From NCBI GenBank assembly GCA_010356995.1, contig ML996712.1, positions 75,204 to 139,203 on the forward strand: a stretch of 64,000 bases of DNA. The letters are read 5' to 3'. Made by a program: the position numbers and the translations under genes. Positions 58,305-64,000 of the stretch are shown here, piece after piece. This DNA comes from Trichodelitschia bisporula (Eukaryota). How positions within the stretch are numbered: the stretch's first letter is position 1; every line of letters begins with the position of its first letter. The notes below the pieces were generated by a model. The model searched no databases and was not told where the DNA came from. It saw only the letters and a program-made list of their open reading frames with translations.

Positions 58305-59429
58305 ATGACCACCCAAGAGTCCATCCGCCTACCCTACCCCTTTCCCCAAACCGCATTTGACACCCCCCGCCTCAGCCTCCGTGAATACCGCCACTCAGAT
58401 GCCTACGCCCTGCACGCCATATTCTCCGACCCAGGCGTTATGAATTACTGGTAACGCAACCACCCCCTCCTTCCCTCACCAACCTCACCAACCCCCAGGT
58501 CAACTCCGCCTCATACAAGCACCGACCAAACGAAAGTCTGGCTCCGCAGGACCCTCGACTCGAGCAACAACGGCACAACTGACTTCATAATCACCCTCCG
58601 CGGCACGAACATTGCGATCGGCAAAGTTGGTCTCTGGCGGTTGCTTCCCGATCCTAGCACCCTCGGGTCCGACCCCAACACCCTCTGCCCTACCCTTTCC
58701 TCACCCGAAGCGGGCGAGCTCGGCTTCATGCTCGGCCAGGAGTACACCCGGTACGGGTACATGAGCGAGGCCCTGGGCGTGCTGCTGCCGTATTACTTTG
58801 AGCGGTTAGGCTTAGTGCGCGTGATTGCAGATGTTGACCCGAGGAACCTGCCTGCGAGGTCATTGCTGGTTAAAGTGGGGTTTGAGGAGAAGGGGTACAG
58901 AAAGGAAACGTTTGTTGTGGGCGGGAGGTTAGTTGATAGTGTGGATTATGTGCTTGAGCGGCACGTGTGGCAGTTGAGGAGAGAGGAGGCGGCGGTGATG
59001 GAAAGGGAGAGGGAGCTGCTAGAGGAGTTAGAGAAGATGAAGGAGATAAGAGAGAAGGCGGAGATGGAAGAGATGGGGCAGCGGGAAGAGGTGTTAGCAG
59101 AAGAGGAGAGGAAGCGGGAGAAGATGACGAAGCTGAGAGAGGAGATACTAGGGAAGAAGATGAGCTGGGCAGAATATTTCAGGGAGCAGCTAGAGAAGAT
59201 GAAGTTGGAAGAGAATAAGAGGCGGGAGGAGAAGATGAAGCGGGAGGAGAAGATGAAGTGGGAGGAGACGAAGAGGCGGAAGGAGATGAAGAAGCGGAAG
59301 GAGAAGAGGAAGCCGGGAGAGAAGAGCGAGCCGGAAGAGAAGCAGGAACCGGAACAGAAGAGGGAGCCGGAGGAGAAGAGTGAGCTGGAAGAGAAGGGGT
59401 CGCCGGATGACGGCTGGACTTTGATCTAG
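58305..59429 (+). CDS. GNAT (RimJ/RimL-type) acetyltransferase with a charged coiled-coil tail; 2 exons, ~358 aa
   Basis: TPRLSLR...FSDP.VM.YWS.PPH...IGK.G...ELGFML...YGYMSEAL...ADVDPRN...LL.KVGF. Intron 58451-58498. Confidence 0.87.
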
Positions 59430-60342
59430 TTCTACCTCCGTAGAGTCGTCGGCGTCTCGGGGTTATTCTTGGATGCATCCTGTGGACAGGTGCATATATC
59501 CTTTCTGTTCGATAGACACATTCATCGTCATACCGGTTCATCGGCTCAATAGAATCCATCGCTTCATGCACGACGTTGGCAAAACCTGTGATGGGAGCAA
59601 ATGCACATTAACGTGCGAAGGCAATTGTGATCTTGAAGATTGAAGTACGGAGATGAAGAGAGGAAGAGAGTCAGAGACTTCCGAGATGCATATATACGAT
59701 GCCAAGTATCCTCCTTTGCTCCTTCCTCCCATCATGAGCTCATTACATCATATCCCTTAGTGTGCCCCTTCCTGACATTGCAATGCTCCTTCCATGTCCA
59801 TCTCACCGACCAGCATCGACATGACGTCAACTGATGGCGGGTATTCCTTCTTTTGCTATGGGCATGGCACTCCTCGCGCGGCTGAAGCGACAGTAGAAAT
59901 GTACGACATAGTAGAATAGAAGCGAATGTGCGACCTTTGCTGACAGCTGATGGGGTCCGTCTGCCAATCTCCATCATCGGCCAGTCAGTGTATCGCAATC
60001 TCAGCCTTCTCCGGGACCCACTCCGGTGCGACTGGATCGCCGGAGATGCCTCCGTCCCGAAGACATCACCCTCGAAGACATCACCAACCCGACATCGGCA
60101 TCTCCTCAAACCACAGCCGATGCAACCTCGACACGTCACAGTTCCAAGCACACGAAAAAAACCTCATCAAAAAATAAAAGAATGCCGTGATATAAACAAT
60201 CTACAAGAGTACCCTAACACCTAAAAATGCAACCCACGCATCGCCCTCCCTAGAGCAGCGCTACGAAATGCACCCCATGCAGTAATAACACCGGGTATCC
60301 CATGCGCCCCACCTTCCCAAAAGCAACACCCCCAATTCCCAT

Positions 60343-61977
60343 CTACACCAGCACCCACGCACCCGCCACGGCCACAGCCACACCCCCCATCCCCACCCTA
60401 ACCCTCTCCCCCCCACCCTTCTTCGCCCCCGTCCCCGCCCCAGGCGTCGCAGTCGGCATGCCCAGATCAAACGTCGCCGTCCCCCCATTATCCAGCCCTC
60501 CCGTCCCAGTCGCTCCAGGCACCCCCACCCCAACCCCATTAACCATTACCGCGCCCGTGTGCGTCTGCTTCGCCTCCCCCGAGGCCGTCTTCGTAGCCCC
60601 AGGAATCTTGCCGGAGTCCGTGATTTCCTTAACTGACGAGCTAGAGACGTTGAATTTCGTCTGCGCGATCCCCACCGTCCCGCCGTCGATGTTGTACACC
60701 ACGTACGCGCTGCGCAGGAACGTGTCGCCAAATAAGTTAGGCGCGCCCTGGGCGGGGAGAATGCCCCATCTACACGCCGTTTTGCCGGAGCGGAAACGAG
60801 GCGGGGAAATCTTGGAGGGGAAGGGGAGGACGAATTGGCCGATTGTCGCGACAATGGTGGGCCCGTCGGAGTTGCCAAATTGGAAGTTGAAGGTTGCGGG
60901 GGAGGCGGCGAGGTCGCACGGGACGACGACGCCGTAGCGCGAGTTGTTGACTGCGCCGACGCCGGAGATAATATCCATCGCTATGTCGTTAGGGAGGTAG
61001 GTGAGCGTGGTGCCCGAGTCGAGGATGACGGGGATATCGAGGGCTTTGGCGTACTGGGCCTTTTTGGCGCCGCCGATGACGGCGATGTTGTCGAGGACGA
61101 CGGTGAAGGAAGTTATGCTTTTGCTTATGGCGTCGGGTTGGATGGGGAGGATAGTGAGGTCGCCGGTGTATTTGGCGGTGTCGATGCCGCCGAAGAGGAT
61201 GGAGCCGGTAGTTGATTCTGCCGGGGTGTTAGTTCTGGAGAGGGGAGATGGGAGGGAGGAACGCACCGAGATCGTTGAGCCAGAGGCTATACGCCCGTGT
61301 GTTGATGTACTTTTGGCTCTTGAGCTTGCTGATGAGATTGGGATACGTGCGCCCGACTTGGCTGTAGATGGATTCGCCCTGATCGAAGCCCACGCCCACA
61401 ATCCCCTGGAACTCGCCCGACGTCTCCGGCTCGCTGGTCTGCTTCGCGAGGCCCATGGTCATATTTACAACGCTCACGTCGCCAATCGAAAACACGTCGG
61501 CGATGTAGTCGCCTACAATCTGCGTCTGGTCGACATAACTAATCTCGAACAGATCGGGAATTTGCTCGACGAAGGTTGATGACTGGGTGTCGTCGAATGC
61601 CCCGTTACCACACCGGTTGATTCCGTTCCTGCCACGACATGCCTGCGCTTCGACCCATGGTAACTGTACTCCCGTTAGCCCGAGTCCTGTCGCACGAACC
61701 CTGTACGCACCCATATGTCACTCGATCCCGTGTCCAGCTGTAACGAGAACGACTGCGGTGGCGTCCCTACGGTCGCATTCACGAGATATAGCAAATTGCT
61801 CTGAGCATTGTAGAGAGTGGCGGTTACGGAAGCGCCACGGCGGTTCAGTCTAGGATGCGGCGTAAAGGTCTCGCGGCGCGAGAAACTGAGGGATAAGACT
61901 TTTGGTGTTGAGGCGGCGGCGGTGAGGGCGCTGAATGACAGCCCCGCGGTCGCGTATACGAGTCCTCCCAGCAACAT
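60343..61977 (-). CDS. Secreted/GPI-type A1 aspartic protease (yapsin/OpsB-like); 3 exons, ~512 aa
   Basis: Signal peptide, catalytic motifs LDTGSSDIW and ILDSGTT, FGDTFLRSAYVVY, and a Thr/Gly-rich stalk with a hydrophobic C-terminus. Introns 61664-61710 and 61218-61266. Confidence 0.93.
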
Positions 61978-64000
61978 GATAGGGAAGACTAGAGCGCGGG
62001 ATTTGCGCGGGGAGCGAGGATGCGGAATACGGTTGCGGGAGCGGGCTGCGGGCGGTGTTTTAAGTTGATTGGAGGTGGGTAGGTTAAGGGCTGGAGGAGT
62101 GAGAGCGGAGAGAGTGGTGGGGGTGTTGGATGCAGATTAGGGAGAGCTGCGAGGTGAAGAGTAGAAGAAGAAAAGAGAAGACTTATTAGGTACAGAAATT
62201 ATGGGGGCAAGTGAATGGGTTTGGGATGCTGTGATGTCAAGGAGAGGAGCGGAGAGGAGACCGACGCCTTTTTGTCGCCCTCAGCTCCTTCTGCCTGGGG
62301 GTGTTGGACTTCCTTCTCCCACTCGCCTGGCCGTGATGCGGCTGAGGGCCGAGGCGTCACGCCGCAACAGTGCGGCGTTAACGTTCTGTGCCTCAGCCCC
62401 AGTTCGGCAGCAGGCAGAGAGGGAGGGTGTTTCATGCTGGCCTCCTGCATTAGGCCGGTGGGTATTGCTTGGCTGGATTCGGGCCGTTCTTGCTTTGCTC
62501 CTTGAGGCATCGCGCAAATAGCAGGTCAAGCCCTGCGAGTTCCTGTGGGGGCTCAGCAGGTGTTGGCCCCCCTCTCCATGGTGAAGATCTCGAATCCTCT
62601 TACCATAATGTGCTCAATCTCCAGGAATCGTATTTTTGGTGACGGGCATCACCGGACAGGAGTTGCGAGGATGCGAATTGATCATGGTATACCCGTATAC
62701 CGTAGCAGCGTGACATATCGTTGTGTATATCCATCTGACATGTCGTTGTGGCTAGTAACCGCGGCAGCTCCCGTTGACTGTGTTCTCCACCTAACTTAGT
62801 GCAATGTGGTCGCAGCGTTCTAGATCTTCCCCCCCCCTATCCGCAGCCCTGTGCGCCACTTGAACTCGATGCAGGCTCAGTACGCATAAACAAAATTTGA
62901 AGTGATGCTTCCCATGACGATGCCGGGCGTATGATGTGTTTACGGAGGTAGACAACTGTATTTGTCAACTGCACTTTGGCCGTCGAAACGAGCGCGAAGT
63001 CGGAGTGACCGAGCCAAATGAGTTCCGGGTCGATGGATGTAGCCCCAAGACTGATCCATCGAGGTCTGCTGTCAAAATAGAGGTTCCTCCGATACTTTGA
63101 TGAGATCCCGATGACTTCCCGAGGGCAGGAGCCAGATCTGGACCAATTCTGCATTTGACGCGGAGCCGGAGCTCGTTGCATCTGGGGCCGTTGTTGTCCA
63201 CGCCGCAGATGGCCTCGCGGTATCGTCGTGTAAGGACTGGAGGAGATTCGTGCTAGATGAGCGTGCTGAAAGAGGCCTCCTGATGCAGAGAGAACGATTC
63301 TAAGCATATAGAGGGACATATGACGGTTATGTGACCTTGACGATGATATCAATCGGATCTGGTGCACCTACCAGTAGTCTACCGGGCGTCGATCTTATAG
63401 AGCAACGATCAAGCAGTGACCAGTCTGTCACGCAGAGATATGTATCGGACGAGGCGTGGTCATAAAGAAGCAGCTTCTATTGTTCGTGGACGGATGTAGA
63501 ACAGGCCCGCTGATCACTCCGAGAACCATTGCCTTTTGAAACTGGCGTCAGAAATGGCTCCACTTGACTGAAGCTATGTAACAGTGGACTCGGAACGTCC
63601 AAGTTCCGTCACAGCTGATATTGACCACAGGAAGGTCATTTCTCACAGTAAACGCACACATAGAACAGCAATCGGACATGAGATCATCACCACAGCACGC
63701 TCTCTTCCTCAACAGCCCGCCCCAGGCGAACCCATCGATGAAAAGAAAAAAAGCAGACCATCAAAAATTAAGCCAGTGAGGCCCCCGAAGGAGACTCATA
63801 CCAACACCTCTCCACGCTGTGCAATGCAGGAGGTCCTGGCAGGCTTCCGCATTCTTGAGCGCGGATAGCCCCAACAAGGTAAGTATGAAGAAGAAAAGAA
63901 GAGGAAGAGAGGAGGGAAGAGGGTGGTATTTATACTCCCCGCCGCGGAGCGCACGTGCCACCGCGCGCGCCAAGCATCAATGCACGCTATGCGGCCGGCC

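Overview
This is eukaryotic DNA from a filamentous ascomycete (Pezizomycotina-like): high-GC genes, short 42-64 nt spliceosomal introns with CTAAC/CTGAC branch sites, and an intron-containing tRNA. Positions 1-9.6 kb are a transposon graveyard. A decayed Ty1/Copia element carries three nested solo LTRs with perfect 5-bp TSDs, further LTR copies lie nearby, and there is an orphan 3' fragment of a HEATR5/LAA1-like gene. Positions 10-25 kb hold orphan low-complexity ORFs and degenerate paralogous relics. Positions 25-36 kb are housekeeping genes (Clr2, tRNA-Ser(GCT), Rad18, CHMP7). The most notable region is 39.4-53.8 kb, which looks like a self-contained glycan-modification cluster. It contains (i) an SLC35A-type nucleotide-sugar transporter fused via an extra TM helix to a STELLO/DUF288-like luminal domain, (ii) an APH-type kinase fused to a degenerate nucleotidyltransferase, (iii) a divergent intronless nucleotidyltransferase-HAD phosphatase resembling bacterial capsule sugar-activation enzymes, and (iv) an acyltransferase-3 gene broken by three in-frame stops. 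Positions 54-62 kb hold a Pmp3-family gene, RNase H2 subunit C, a secreted Cys-rich protein, a GNAT and a yapsin-like aspartic protease. All family assignments come from motif recognition by eye; no searches were run.
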